From IMG/VR virus record IMGVR_UViG_3300034120_001490, positions 1-57,049 of that record: a DNA stretch of 57,049 nucleotides, one strand, 5' to 3'. Under the pieces are notes generated by a model, which had not been told where the DNA came from, did not search any database, and saw only the letters and a program-made list of their open reading frames with translations. This DNA comes from a virus. Lineage: Duplodnaviria > Caudoviricetes. Position numbers and translations under genes: made by a program. Shown one piece after another: positions 45,103-54,746 of this stretch. The number at the start of each line of letters is the position of its first letter. Position 1 is the first letter of the stretch.

Positions 45103-45153
45103 TCTCCTCCGGTATTAGGCCACAAACCTAACTACCGGAGGAGATTTTTTTTT
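45103..45153 (+). terminator. Terminator hairpin that also sequesters the HNH gene RBS
   Basis: TCTCCTCCGGTA/TACCGGAGGAGA stem, 9 Ts, then ATG 45154. Confidence 0.8.
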
Positions 45154-45819
45154 ATGCCTTGCCAGATTGACGGCTGCACCCGCCCGCACAAGGCGCGCGG
45201 TCTTTGCCAGACGCACTATGCCCAGCGCCTGCGGGGCTCAGACTTTTCACCCATCCGCAGCCGCGTCCGCGAAAAGCCGGTCGAATGTACGGAGGAAGAC
45301 TGCGCCGAACCCGTGAAGTCCAAGGGGTTGTGCAAGATGCACTACCAGCGGTTTTTGCGACACGGTCACACCATGTATCGCAACCGCAAGAAGCCCGCGA
45401 AACAGTGCGGGATCGACGGCTGTGACAGCGTTCTGTACGCCAAAGACCTGTGCCACGCCCACTACATCAAGCAGCGCAAGTGGCAGGCGGCTGGCGTTGA
45501 CGCCACCCGGTATCAGGAGATGCTGCGCGAGCAGGGCGGCGTCTGCGCCATCTGCGCCCAGCCTGAGCGCGCACCAGACAAGGCGTCAGGCAAGACGAAG
45601 GATCTCGCCATCGACCACGACCACGTCACAGGCGCGATCCGCGCCCTGCTTTGCTCGAACTGCAATCGTGGTCTGGGCCTCTTTAACGATGACGAGGGGC
45701 TACTAGCCAAGGCACAAACGTATGTGCTATATCATAGACAATCTGGGCAAACCCCAGCTTGTCAGACCGGCCCAGCGGACGATGCACAGACTGACAGGCG
45801 ACTTGTGCATAAGGACTGA
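45154..45819 (+). CDS. Free-standing homing endonuclease-like protein: three C..GC...LC..HY zinc repeats plus EndoVII/HNH domain
   Basis: Q.G.CAIC ... LAIDHDH.TG.IR.LLC..CN.GLG.F.DD. Confidence 0.85.
   Translation: MPCQIDGCTRPHKARGLCQTHYAQRLRGSDFSPIRSRVREKPVECTEEDCAEPVKSKGLCKMHYQRFLRHGHTMYRNRKKPAKQCGIDGCDSVLYAKDLCHAHYIKQRKWQAAGVDATRYQEMLREQGGVCAICAQPERAPDKASGKTKDLAIDHDHVTGAIRALLCSNCNRGLGLFNDDEGLLAKAQTYVLYHRQSGQTPACQTGPADDAQTDRRLVHKD
45743..45815 (+). ncRNA. Candidate kissing-loop structured leader RNA
   Basis: CTGGGC/GCCCAG and ATGCACA/TGTGCAT stems, with loops GCTTGTCAG/CTGACAGGC complementary; abuts the AAGGA RBS. Confidence 0.45.
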
Positions 45820-45821
45820 TC

Positions 45822-46229
45822 ATGGCTTCGACCACATTCTCCGGGCCGGTCACCTCGACCAACGGCTTCATCGGCAATTTCACCGGCAACATCACCGGCG
45901 ACGTCACCGGCGACGTTACTGGCGACCTGACCGGCCGCGTATTTGGCACTGTCGGCACCCGCTCGGGCGCTGGCGCGGTGCCGATCACCTCGGGCACCGT
46001 CCGCCTGACCACCACCGCCGCCGACGCCCTGACGCTGGCCAACGGCGCGAACGGCCAGCTCCTGACCATCGTGATGGTCGTTGACGGTGGCGACGGCACC
46101 CTGACGCCGACCACGAAGACCGGCTACACCACGATCACCTTTGGTGATGTGGGCGACAGCGTGACGCTCCAGTATTTCACCACGCTGGGCTGGATGATCG
46201 TCAGCAACTACGGCGCAACAATCGCGTAA
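45822..46229 (+). CDS. Capsid-associated (head fibre-like) protein
   Basis: MA.TTFSGPV.S.NGF start; G.VTG repeats. Confidence 0.75.
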   Translation: MASTTFSGPVTSTNGFIGNFTGNITGDVTGDVTGDLTGRVFGTVGTRSGAGAVPITSGTVRLTTTAADALTLANGANGQLLTIVMVVDGGDGTLTPTTKTGYTTITFGDVGDSVTLQYFTTLGWMIVSNYGATIA

Positions 46230-46236
46230 TTGGCAC

Positions 46237-46278
46237 GAGAGCAGGCCGGGCGAATGGAAGTGCGCTCGGCCTGCTCTC
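46237..46278 (+). other. 16-bp intergenic hairpin without U tract
   Basis: GAGAGCAGGCCGGGCG / CGCTCGGCCTGCTCTC. Confidence 0.6.
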
Positions 46279-46298
46279 TAGCATAGAAGGACACGCCC

Positions 46299-46616
46299 AT
46301 GCGCCAGATCGTTCTGACCCAGACGGGAGCCGGCAACGGCACGACCGCGCCCCTCGACATCCACGGCCGGCCGGACATTTCACTGCAGGTCGTCGTCACC
46401 GGCACCGTGAACTGGACGGTGCAGCAGACCCTCGACAACCCGCAGACCGTCACCTCTCCGACGTGGTTTAGCCACCCGGACGCCAACATGGTCTCCCAGA
46501 CCGTGAACCGGCAGGGCAACTACGCCTACGTGCCGGCGGCTGTCCGCGTTGTCGTCAACAGCGGCGCAGGCAGCGCCACGCTGACCATCATCCAGTCCGG
46601 CGACAACAGGGCGTAA
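46299..46616 (+). CDS. Small beta-rich virion protein
   Basis: VQ.T.D...W ... A.R.....G.G.......Q.G pattern. Confidence 0.75.
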   Translation: MRQIVLTQTGAGNGTTAPLDIHGRPDISLQVVVTGTVNWTVQQTLDNPQTVTSPTWFSHPDANMVSQTVNRQGNYAYVPAAVRVVVNSGAGSATLTIIQSGDNRA

Positions 46617-46618
46617 GG

Positions 46619-48490
46619 GTGAGCACCGGCCTCTACAGCGGCGTCTCCGGCCTCGCGCTCGGCACCGGCCTGTACAAGGGCGCGCAGGGGCTGTGGGGCG
46701 GATCGAGTGGCCTGATCGATCAGTTCGGCGCGTCGCTGTCGCTGAACTTCCTAGCCGGCGCGCCGCTGGACAGCCGCATCACGTTCAGCCGCACGACGAA
46801 CGCCACGCTGGTCGATAGCACCGGGCGGGTGACCTACGCGCCGAACAATCTGGTGCTGCGGTCGGAAGAGTTCGATAACGCGGCGTGGACGAAGACGCGC
46901 TCCAGCATCACGGCTAACGCTACAACCTCGCCCGATGGTACAGCGAACGCGGATAGATTTGTCATAGACACTACGGCGGCAACCAACCATGCAGTTGGTC
47001 AGTCTGCTTCAGTAACCAGCGGGACAACTTACGCGCTCACCGTGTTTGCTAAAGCCGATCAGTTTAGCCAAATCAATTTGCGATTTTCGGCTCAATTTCC
47101 AGCCGGAAACGTTTATTACGACCTAAATAACGGAACTATTTCTTCCGCAGGGTCTGTTGTTTCGGCTTCTATGACCTCGTTTGGCAACGGCTGGTGGCGG
47201 TGCGTACTTGTGATGACTGCCAACGCAACCGGCGCGGCGGCAGGCCAAATCTTTCTTGCTCAAGGCAATTCGATCACCATAGCGACGGCTGACGGCACCA
47301 GCGGCCTGTTCATCTGGGGCGCGCAACTTGAAGCCGTCACCTACCAGACGCTGCCCTCGACGTATGTGCAGACGGTCGCCTCGGCCTACTACGGCCCGCG
47401 CTTTGACTACGATCCCGTCACGCTGGCTCCGCGCGGCCTGCTGATTGAGGAGCAGCGGGTGAACTTGGCTCTGTATTCGGCGGAATTTGATAACGCGGGT
47501 TGGGCTAAAGATAATGCCACGATAACAGCCAATGCCGCCGTGGCACCTGACGGCACGACCACCGCAGATAAAGCTATACCAAGCAATGGTGTAGATTTGA
47601 CGTCTATTGCTAATGGTACAGTTCGACAAGCTGTGACTTATTCTGCTGGGGCAACTTTAACATTCAGTGTATTTGCAAAAGAAGCAGAGTTTGACCGTAT
47701 TGAGTTGTATTTCTCAGAAGCAACTGGAACGGCTAACCGCGCAACTGTTACGTATTCATTGGTTGATGGTTCTGTTGTTACGGCTGCGGCTGTTGCAGGT
47801 ACGTTTACAAGCGTATCCTCGACATCAACTTCTTTTGGCAATGGCTGGTATAGATTTACGCTGACATTTACCACTGGAAGTGGCACAACGGCACGAGCAA
47901 GGTTTGCCGTCAGGGACTCAGGAACCACAATAGGAGATGGAACGTCTGGCATCCTGATCTGGGGCGCGCAACTTGAAGCTGGCGCGTTCGCCACCAGCTA
48001 CATCCCCACCGTGGCCTCCACGGTCACACGCGCGTCTGACACACCCACAATAACCGGCGCAAACTTTGCAAGTTGGTACAACGCCAGTGAGGGATCTATT
48101 GTCGTTAGCGCCGATAGCTTTCGTGGAACGGCGGGAACTGCCCGTACTTTCCAATTTGATGATAGCACCGCCGACAACAACATCCGCGCCGCAGGGCAAA
48201 GCACCCTTCAAGTTGTTGACGCCACAGTTACTCAAGCCAGCCTTAGCCCGACACCTTTGATTTCCTTTGATGGCACGGTGTTTAAGTTTGCATCAGCCTA
48301 TAAGGCAAACGATTTTGCCAGTGTCACAACAGGCGCTGTCGCAACGGATACCAGCGGAACCGTTCCTACGGTAACGCAACTAGCCCTTGGTCGTGGGGTC
48401 GGCGGAACAATTCTTAACGGACACCTTCGCACGTTCACCTACTACCCGCAGCGCCTCGCCAACGAGCAGCTACAGGCGCTCTCAGCATGA
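46619..48490 (+). CDS. Virion spike/fibre with duplicated carbohydrate-binding-like modules
   Basis: Two NL..S.EFDNA.W ... PDG...AD ... GNGW.R ... WGAQLE modules; PRFDYDP.T....GLLIEE.R.N; TSYIPT. Confidence 0.8.
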   Translation: MSTGLYSGVSGLALGTGLYKGAQGLWGGSSGLIDQFGASLSLNFLAGAPLDSRITFSRTTNATLVDSTGRVTYAPNNLVLRSEEFDNAAWTKTRSSITANATTSPDGTANADRFVIDTTAATNHAVGQSASVTSGTTYALTVFAKADQFSQINLRFSAQFPAGNVYYDLNNGTISSAGSVVSASMTSFGNGWWRCVLVMTANATGAAAGQIFLAQGNSITIATADGTSGLFIWGAQLEAVTYQTLPSTYVQTVASAYYGPRFDYDPVTLAPRGLLIEEQRVNLALYSAEFDNAGWAKDNATITANAAVAPDGTTTADKAIPSNGVDLTSIANGTVRQAVTYSAGATLTFSVFAKEAEFDRIELYFSEATGTANRATVTYSLVDGSVVTAAAVAGTFTSVSSTSTSFGNGWYRFTLTFTTGSGTTARARFAVRDSGTTIGDGTSGILIWGAQLEAGAFATSYIPTVASTVTRASDTPTITGANFASWYNASEGSIVVSADSFRGTAGTARTFQFDDSTADNNIRAAGQSTLQVVDATVTQASLSPTPLISFDGTVFKFASAYKANDFASVTTGAVATDTSGTVPTVTQLALGRGVGGTILNGHLRTFTYYPQRLANEQLQALSA

Positions 48491-48726
48491 TCGACCTCTA
48501 CCTCTGCGCACCGACCGAAGCCGACATGACCGCCGCGCTGCTGGCGGCTGGCGTTATCAACGACGAGGGCCTCCCTGTGGCCGGCGTCACCCTCGATCAC
48601 ATTGGCGAGATCGAGGGCGCTACTGGCTGGCACACCAACCTGCGTCTGGTGGAAGATATCGACACCTCGGCGCTTCTCGGCTACATCATAGACACCCCGG
48701 CCACGCCGTACCGGGTCTGGGCATAA
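48487..48726 (+). CDS. Small spike-associated protein
   Basis: D.YL ... GWH.NLR ... P.TP.RVWA. Confidence 0.75.
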   Translation: MIDLYLCAPTEADMTAALLAAGVINDEGLPVAGVTLDHIGEIEGATGWHTNLRLVEDIDTSALLGYIIDTPATPYRVWA

Positions 48727-48738
48727 GGGCAGGCGCGC

Positions 48739-50319
48739 ATGGCTAACGTCAAGATTACCGATCTTCTCGCCGCTACTGTTCCGCTGGCCGGCACCGAGCT
48801 GTTCGAGACGGTACAGACCAGCGCCAGCAAGAAGGTGACGGCGGCCCAGATCGCCGCCACCTACTCCACCAGCGCGAGCAACGTGCTGCCCGTGGCCAAC
48901 GGCGGCACCGGCCGTACGGTCGGAAGCTACTCGGTCTTCTCGCTGGAAATCCACGTCAGCAAGGACGGGAACGACACGACGGGTGACGGCACGCTGATCA
49001 ACCCGGTTCTGACGATCGTCAAGGCGTTGACCTTGGTGAGCGCGGGCCGGAACACGGTGCTTGTGCACCCCGGCACGTACACCGAGAGCCCGACGGTGAG
49101 CTCGGCCAACGTGACGATCGCCACGACCGAGCTGACGGGCGCGAACACCCAGATCAACGGGACGCTTACCCTGTCCGCAGCGGCCCGCGTGTCCGGCCTG
49201 AAGATGAACAACCTGACCATCACGGGCAGCGGCAACACGTACATCTCGAACTGCACCGTTGACACGCGGGTCATCAAGTCCGGCTCGAACTACGTCGAGA
49301 TCATCGACAGCGAGCTGCAGTGCACCTTGGGCGTGCAGATTTCGGGCACCGGAACGGTCTCCATCGTCGGGAACAAGTGCTGGGCGGTGGCCGTGTCCAA
49401 CGCCGGCGCTACCGTCTTGGTCAAGGACTGCTTCCAAGTCATCAACCCCAGCGTCACCGCCGGGACTTTGAACTTCGACGGCTGCGCCATCTTCGCGGCG
49501 AGTCCGGCGACCAACGCCGTGACATCGAGCGTCGGCACCTTCGTCACGCTGGCGAACAGCTTCGTCCTGAACTCCGCCGCGAATAACCCGGAGCGCGTGA
49601 GCTTGGGCGGGGCGTACAGCATTCTGAACCTCGTCTACGACAAGACCAACTCGACCTTCACCGGCACCAACCTGAACGCCGTTGACTATTTCAGCGTCGT
49701 CAATGCCGACACGGTGGTGTCAACGGCGGCGACCGTGGGCACCCTGACGCTGACGAACGACCTGACCGTGGCCAATGGCGGCACGGGCGCGTCCACGCTC
49801 ACGGGCTACGTCAAGGGCACGGGCACGACGCCAATGACGGCGGCCGCCACGATCCCATTCGCGGACATGGACGGGCGCGCGTACATTTCGTCGTTCAGCA
49901 CCGCAGACCAAACCGGCAGCGTGTCTGCCGCCACGGCCGTTACATTCACCGACGGTTTGACCGGCACCGGGATCACCATCGCCGGCAGTCAGATCACGTT
50001 TGCGGCGGCGGGCACGTACATGCTCGCGCCGAGTTTCCAGTTCAAAAACACAGATACCAACAATCACGACGCGACGTTCTGGTTCAGGAAGAGCGGCACC
50101 AACATCGCCAATTCTGCCAGCATCGTGAACATTCCCAAGGCCGCCGATGGCGGCGCGACATTCGCTCAGATCGTCTTCTTTGAGACCGTGACGGCAGGCC
50201 AGAATATCGAGATCATGTGGCTGCCTGAGAACGCGGCGGTGACAATCGATGCCCTCCCGGCGGGCGCGATTGCTCCGGCGGTTCCGTCCGTCATCCTTGT
50301 AGCGCAGAGGATTGCCTGA
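48739..50319 (+). CDS. Tail spike/fibre with beta-helix-like region
   Basis: MANVKI.DL start; HVS.DG.D..G.G....P..TI ... V.PG.Y.E. Confidence 0.75.
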   Translation: MANVKITDLLAATVPLAGTELFETVQTSASKKVTAAQIAATYSTSASNVLPVANGGTGRTVGSYSVFSLEIHVSKDGNDTTGDGTLINPVLTIVKALTLVSAGRNTVLVHPGTYTESPTVSSANVTIATTELTGANTQINGTLTLSAAARVSGLKMNNLTITGSGNTYISNCTVDTRVIKSGSNYVEIIDSELQCTLGVQISGTGTVSIVGNKCWAVAVSNAGATVLVKDCFQVINPSVTAGTLNFDGCAIFAASPATNAVTSSVGTFVTLANSFVLNSAANNPERVSLGGAYSILNLVYDKTNSTFTGTNLNAVDYFSVVNADTVVSTAATVGTLTLTNDLTVANGGTGASTLTGYVKGTGTTPMTAAATIPFADMDGRAYISSFSTADQTGSVSAATAVTFTDGLTGTGITIAGSQITFAAAGTYMLAPSFQFKNTDTNNHDATFWFRKSGTNIANSASIVNIPKAADGGATFAQIVFFETVTAGQNIEIMWLPENAAVTIDALPAGAIAPAVPSVILVAQRIA

Positions 50320-51002
50320 TGCCCGGCGGCTTCGCCTTCGATCTCAACGCAATGCGGGCGCGGGACGAGATCAACGACGCCCTGAGCGTGTCTCAGCGGC
50401 CGAATGTGGGCCAGATGCCGGCGGATCCGAGCCTTCTGCAGCGCTTGTCACAGCGCGTGAACGTGCAGGCCACGCCGCAGATGCAGCAAATGAACGTAAA
50501 TGCGCCTCTGGGCGGCGGTTTTAGCGCCAATCTGGGCGTCAATCGCATGGGGGCGCAGCCAAACATGCCCGCGATGCGGCCGCAGGTGACAAATATGGGC
50601 GTCGGGTACCAATCTCCCGGCTTTTCGGCCGATGTCGGCTACAATCCGGCGCAGCGCGGCATCAGCGCGGGTGTTCGACTGCCTTTCAAGAAGGGCGGAC
50701 ACGTCAAAAGTGACGATTTCGCCGTAAAACGCGACGAATACGCCTCCGGGGGCGGCGCGTGGACGCGGAAAGAGGGCAAGAACCCCGAGGGCGGCCTCAA
50801 TGCCAAGGGCCGCGCCTCGCTGAAGGCGCAGGGGCAGGACATCAAGCCGCCCGTGAGCGCGAAACAGGCCAAGAAGTCACCCAAGGCGGCCGCGCGGCGC
50901 AAGAGCTTCTGCGCCCGGATGGGTGGCATGGAAGGCCCGATGAAGGACGACAACGGCAAGCCGACGCGCAAGGCGCTGGCGCTGCGGAAGTGGGACTGCT
51001 GA
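50319..51002 (+). CDS. Basic internal virion-like protein (DUF6321-like C-terminus)
   Basis: AW.RKEGKNP.GGLNAKGRAS ... RRKSFCARM.GM ... ALRKW.C. Confidence 0.75.
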   Translation: MPGGFAFDLNAMRARDEINDALSVSQRPNVGQMPADPSLLQRLSQRVNVQATPQMQQMNVNAPLGGGFSANLGVNRMGAQPNMPAMRPQVTNMGVGYQSPGFSADVGYNPAQRGISAGVRLPFKKGGHVKSDDFAVKRDEYASGGGAWTRKEGKNPEGGLNAKGRASLKAQGQDIKPPVSAKQAKKSPKAAARRKSFCARMGGMEGPMKDDNGKPTRKALALRKWDC

Positions 51003-51003
51003 C

Positions 51004-51180
51004 ATGAGCGATTTTGCGGTGAAGCCCGTGTGGGACAAAAAGCGGCCCAAGGATCTGGGCGAGCCGAAGAGCCTGTCGGTCAAGAAGAAGAAGTCCGCGA
51101 AGGCGCGAGCGGCTGCGGCCGGCCGTCCCTACCCCAACCTCGTCGACAACATGGCAGCAGCTCGCAAGAAAGGTAAGTGA
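51004..51180 (+). CDS. 58-aa basic protein
   Basis: MSDFAVKPVWDKKRPK...AKARA..AGRPYPNLVDNM.AAR; below the ORF-track cut-off. Confidence 0.75.
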   Translation: MSDFAVKPVWDKKRPKDLGEPKSLSVKKKKSAKARAAAAGRPYPNLVDNMAAARKKGK

Positions 51181-51181
51181 C

Positions 51182-51703
51182 ATGAAGGGCTTCAAAGACA
51201 GCACCAAAGTGCAGTACATGGGCGGCGGCATGGTCGGCGGCTACGCCAAGGGCGGCATGGCCAAGGGCGAAGCCAAAGTCGGCAAAGTCATGGGCGAGTT
51301 CAAAAAGGGCGAGCTGCACAGCGGCTCGAAGGAAGGCCCGAAGGTCAAGAACCCGAAGCAGGCTGTCGCCATCGCCATGAGCGAGGCGCGCAAGGCCGGC
51401 ATGAAGGCCCCGATGAAGAAGGGCAACGGCGGTGACGTGAAGATGCCGTCACCCGCCGAGAGCGCAGCCAGCAGCGAACGCATCAGAATGCAGGAGGAGG
51501 CCGCCATGGCCGCGCAGGAAGCCCGTAAGATGCGCGAGATGAAGAAGCGCGTGCCGGCCACGCGCCGCGAGCCGATGCTGCCCTCGCCCGCCGAGAGCGA
51601 AGCCAGTGCCCGCCGTTTGCCGCCAGAACTGACGCCGGCTCAAATGCGCGAGATGCTGCGCCGCAAACAGGGCGGCCTCGCCGCCATGCCGAAATGTAAG
51701 TGA
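51182..51703 (+). CDS. Basic internal virion-like protein (DUF6496-like)
   Basis: KV.KVM.EFK.G.LHSGS..GP.V..PKQA.AIA.SEA; several xxGG motifs. Confidence 0.75.
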   Translation: MKGFKDSTKVQYMGGGMVGGYAKGGMAKGEAKVGKVMGEFKKGELHSGSKEGPKVKNPKQAVAIAMSEARKAGMKAPMKKGNGGDVKMPSPAESAASSERIRMQEEAAMAAQEARKMREMKKRVPATRREPMLPSPAESEASARRLPPELTPAQMREMLRRKQGGLAAMPKCK

Positions 51704-51753
51704 ACGCCGCCCGGTTTCGTGGTAGGGCAGTGATCAGGACAGGAGTGTAGACC

Positions 51754-52155
51754 ATGGCAAACGCATTGTACCCGAAGTGGAAGGAGCAACTGCTCCAGTT
51801 CACTGCCAACAACAACCTGAGCGCAGGGACGGTGAAGGTCGCCTTGGTCACGGCCGGCTACACCTACTCGTCGGCGAACCAGTTCTACAGCAGCGTCAGC
51901 GCCTCGGTGGTTGGCACTCCGCAGACGATCGGCTCGAAGACGTTCACCGACGGCGTGTTCGACGGCGGCAATGTCACCTTCACGGCCGTCACGGGCTCGC
52001 AGGTGGTGTCTCTGGTGCTCTACATCGACACGGGCAGCGCGGCCACGTCTCCGCTGGTGGCCTTCCTCGACACGGGCGTGACCAACCTGCCCGTGACCCC
52101 GAACGGCGGCGACATCACCATCACGTGGAACGCCTCGGGCATTTTCGCTCTCTAA
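51754..52155 (+). CDS. Virion structural protein (fibre-base-like)
   Basis: AGGAG RBS; KVALV ... FD...V.F ... LP.TPNGGDIT..W...GIF.L. Confidence 0.8.
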   Translation: MANALYPKWKEQLLQFTANNNLSAGTVKVALVTAGYTYSSANQFYSSVSASVVGTPQTIGSKTFTDGVFDGGNVTFTAVTGSQVVSLVLYIDTGSAATSPLVAFLDTGVTNLPVTPNGGDITITWNASGIFAL

Positions 52156-52174
52156 CTGAGGGGGCGCACGGCCC

Positions 52175-54745
52175 GTGCCTACACTCTACCTCGACCAAGA
52201 CGGCGGCAATGACAACCACGGGGGCACTAGCTTCGCGGTGTTGGCTTCGGCTGCGGACGGCGCGCTTACCACTCTCGGCGCGTTTACGAGCGCAAGTGCC
52301 TCGTTCCCCAACGACGGGTCGCTTATCGGCCAGTATCTGACGATCTTTAACGGCACGATTTACGCCGCGTACCGTATCACCGCGTGGGTCTCCGCGACTG
52401 CCCTGACGGTTGCTGTAATTGGCCTCGGCACCCCACTGTCAACGCAGGCAGCGCGACAGTACTTCATCGGAGGTCGGTGGCAGACGATCAGCAATGGCGC
52501 GTCGTCTCTGCGTGTTTTGGCGGGTGATACCATCAGGATCATGGCCTCGCCTGATCCGACAAGCATTGGCAATGCAACTTGGACGGGTGGCGGGCGTCCT
52601 GCTAGCCCCGCAGGGTCTCCGTCGTCTACAAATACCACACCCATCGTCGTTACGTTCGCCGCGCACGGATTGGTGACAGGCGACTATGTGTCGTTGACGG
52701 GTCAAGCTGGCAACACCAACGCCATCGGCGTCTGGATGGTCGGCACCACGACAGCTAACACATTTCAAATTCTTAACATGGACGGCAGTAACACCACGGG
52801 TAACGCCGTTGGCCCCGCAAGTGGCGGTATTACCAAAGTCAACAACTGCATGGTCAAGACAGCAACGCCGCTAGTGAAGAACATCGCTCTGTGCGGCGGG
52901 CGTGGCGAAAAACCTGCGTGGACGGCGAGTGCAAACGTCACGGCACAGCAGACTACAGCAGGCTGGAAAGAGGGCAATTCCTGCGCCAGCATCAATCTCG
53001 CGACCGCGTTCACCACAGGCAAAGCCGCATACTACACACTGCCGGCTACGCTCGACCTTTCTGCCTACCAACAAGTGACGTTTTGGGTGCAGCAGGGTAT
53101 CGGAACAACCGCCACCGCTGGACAAGTTTATGTGGCGCTTTGCACCGACACCATTGGCGATACGGTGGCGCATCAGTGCAACATTCCTGCACTTGGCGCA
53201 AACAACGTATGGGTGCCGGTGACGGTAAATCTTGGCACTAACTTAAACGCGGCTATCCGTTCGGTGGCGTTTTACGTTGTTACTGACGTTGGCACGCAAC
53301 AATTTTCACTGGACAACATCGTGGCCTGCAAAGCCGCATCATCCGCCGACAGCGTGACGCTTAACTCGCTGATCTCCAAATCTGACGGTACGGGCGATGA
53401 GGCGTGGTACGCCATTCAGAGCATCAACAACGATGTCATCATGTTGGCCAACGCCAATGGTAATACTAGTCAAACCACCAACATACGGGGCTACAACGGC
53501 ACCTCTGAGACGGTGACGACCTACAAGCGCGAGACGACAAAAACCACGCCCGCTGCTAGTGTTGGCGCAATTGCGGCGGTTGTCAACAATAACGGCACCA
53601 GCGGCAACCTCATCACTTACAGTGGCGGTTGGGATCGCACCAACATGTCCACGCAGACCGGCGTAACGTGGTATGACGGCATCAACGGCAACGGTATTGG
53701 TATCCAATTTGGCAACCGCTCATTCAATCAGATCGACCGATTGAACTTCTGCCGGTACAATAATGGTATTCAGTTTACTTCAGTTACAGCCGATATAACT
53801 ATCGGCTCTACTTACCTGACGGCTTGTTCCAGTCAAGGTATTGAGTTTGGAACGGCGAGTCGCACCAATTCCTCGGTGGCATCCATATGGGCAAATAACA
53901 ACGGGGGTACAGGTATACTTCTTTCCGGCACAGGATCAGTTATTACTACCGCTAAGCTGGTGTCTAATAACACAAGTAACGGCGTGAGTTTTGACGGCTC
54001 GCGATATAACACAATCGGTTCTTTAATCAGCGGTAACAACGGCACCGGATCAACTAATGGCGGTATAATTTTTAGCAGTTGCTTTAATAGCACCGTTGGA
54101 ACAGCGACATTGGCCAATAACGTCGGAAGTGGAATTGTTTCGGGGATATCTGCATTTAGTAATTCAGTAAACGGCGGCAGCAGTTCTGGGCATACTCAAG
54201 GCGTATTTGCTTTTTCCGTAAGCGAATTGTATTTGAACAACTTCACCATTAACGAGGTTAGCGAAGTCGCCCAGCCCTCGACGCCTACGGGCTTTGTCTA
54301 TGCCAACCGCCTTGACGACACCGACAACAATAGCTGGGTGTTCCAAGTCAGCATGGGAACCGTGAACCAGCAGACCGCCGTCGTGGACAGCCCAGCGACG
54401 ACATCGTGGCGGATGCGCCCGACGACGGTTACTACCACCGCAAACAGCCCGCTTTTACTCAAACTGGGTACGGTGGTCTGCGCCGCCAGCAGTGCCGTGA
54501 CCGTCACTGCCCGGATGCGGCGCGACAACACCGGCTTGACCATGCGTCTTGTCTGCCCCGGCGGTCAGATCACTGGCGTTTCTACGAACGTGAGCAGCGA
54601 CATGACCGCAGCAGCAAATACGTGGGAAACGGTGACGATCACGTTCACCCCCACCAAGGCAGGCGCGGTGGACATCTACGCCTATGCGTTCGGCGGTACG
54701 ACGTTTAACGGCTACGTCAGCAACCTCACAGCGACACAGGTCTGA
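52175..54745 (+). CDS. Large tail spike / receptor-binding protein with right-handed beta-helix region
   Basis: 856 aa; N/S/G-rich NN...GI repeats near 53700-54260; AT-richer codons. Confidence 0.75.
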   Translation: MPTLYLDQDGGNDNHGGTSFAVLASAADGALTTLGAFTSASASFPNDGSLIGQYLTIFNGTIYAAYRITAWVSATALTVAVIGLGTPLSTQAARQYFIGGRWQTISNGASSLRVLAGDTIRIMASPDPTSIGNATWTGGGRPASPAGSPSSTNTTPIVVTFAAHGLVTGDYVSLTGQAGNTNAIGVWMVGTTTANTFQILNMDGSNTTGNAVGPASGGITKVNNCMVKTATPLVKNIALCGGRGEKPAWTASANVTAQQTTAGWKEGNSCASINLATAFTTGKAAYYTLPATLDLSAYQQVTFWVQQGIGTTATAGQVYVALCTDTIGDTVAHQCNIPALGANNVWVPVTVNLGTNLNAAIRSVAFYVVTDVGTQQFSLDNIVACKAASSADSVTLNSLISKSDGTGDEAWYAIQSINNDVIMLANANGNTSQTTNIRGYNGTSETVTTYKRETTKTTPAASVGAIAAVVNNNGTSGNLITYSGGWDRTNMSTQTGVTWYDGINGNGIGIQFGNRSFNQIDRLNFCRYNNGIQFTSVTADITIGSTYLTACSSQGIEFGTASRTNSSVASIWANNNGGTGILLSGTGSVITTAKLVSNNTSNGVSFDGSRYNTIGSLISGNNGTGSTNGGIIFSSCFNSTVGTATLANNVGSGIVSGISAFSNSVNGGSSSGHTQGVFAFSVSELYLNNFTINEVSEVAQPSTPTGFVYANRLDDTDNNSWVFQVSMGTVNQQTAVVDSPATTSWRMRPTTVTTTANSPLLLKLGTVVCAASSAVTVTARMRRDNTGLTMRLVCPGGQITGVSTNVSSDMTAAANTWETVTITFTPTKAGAVDIYAYAFGGTTFNGYVSNLTATQV

Positions 54746-54746
54746 C

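Noticed and set aside
45061-45821. Group I intron or intein around the HNH gene
   Set aside because: The capsid ORF ends normally before it and the next gene starts intact; no intron core or intein termini were recognised in polymerase, terL or helicase.
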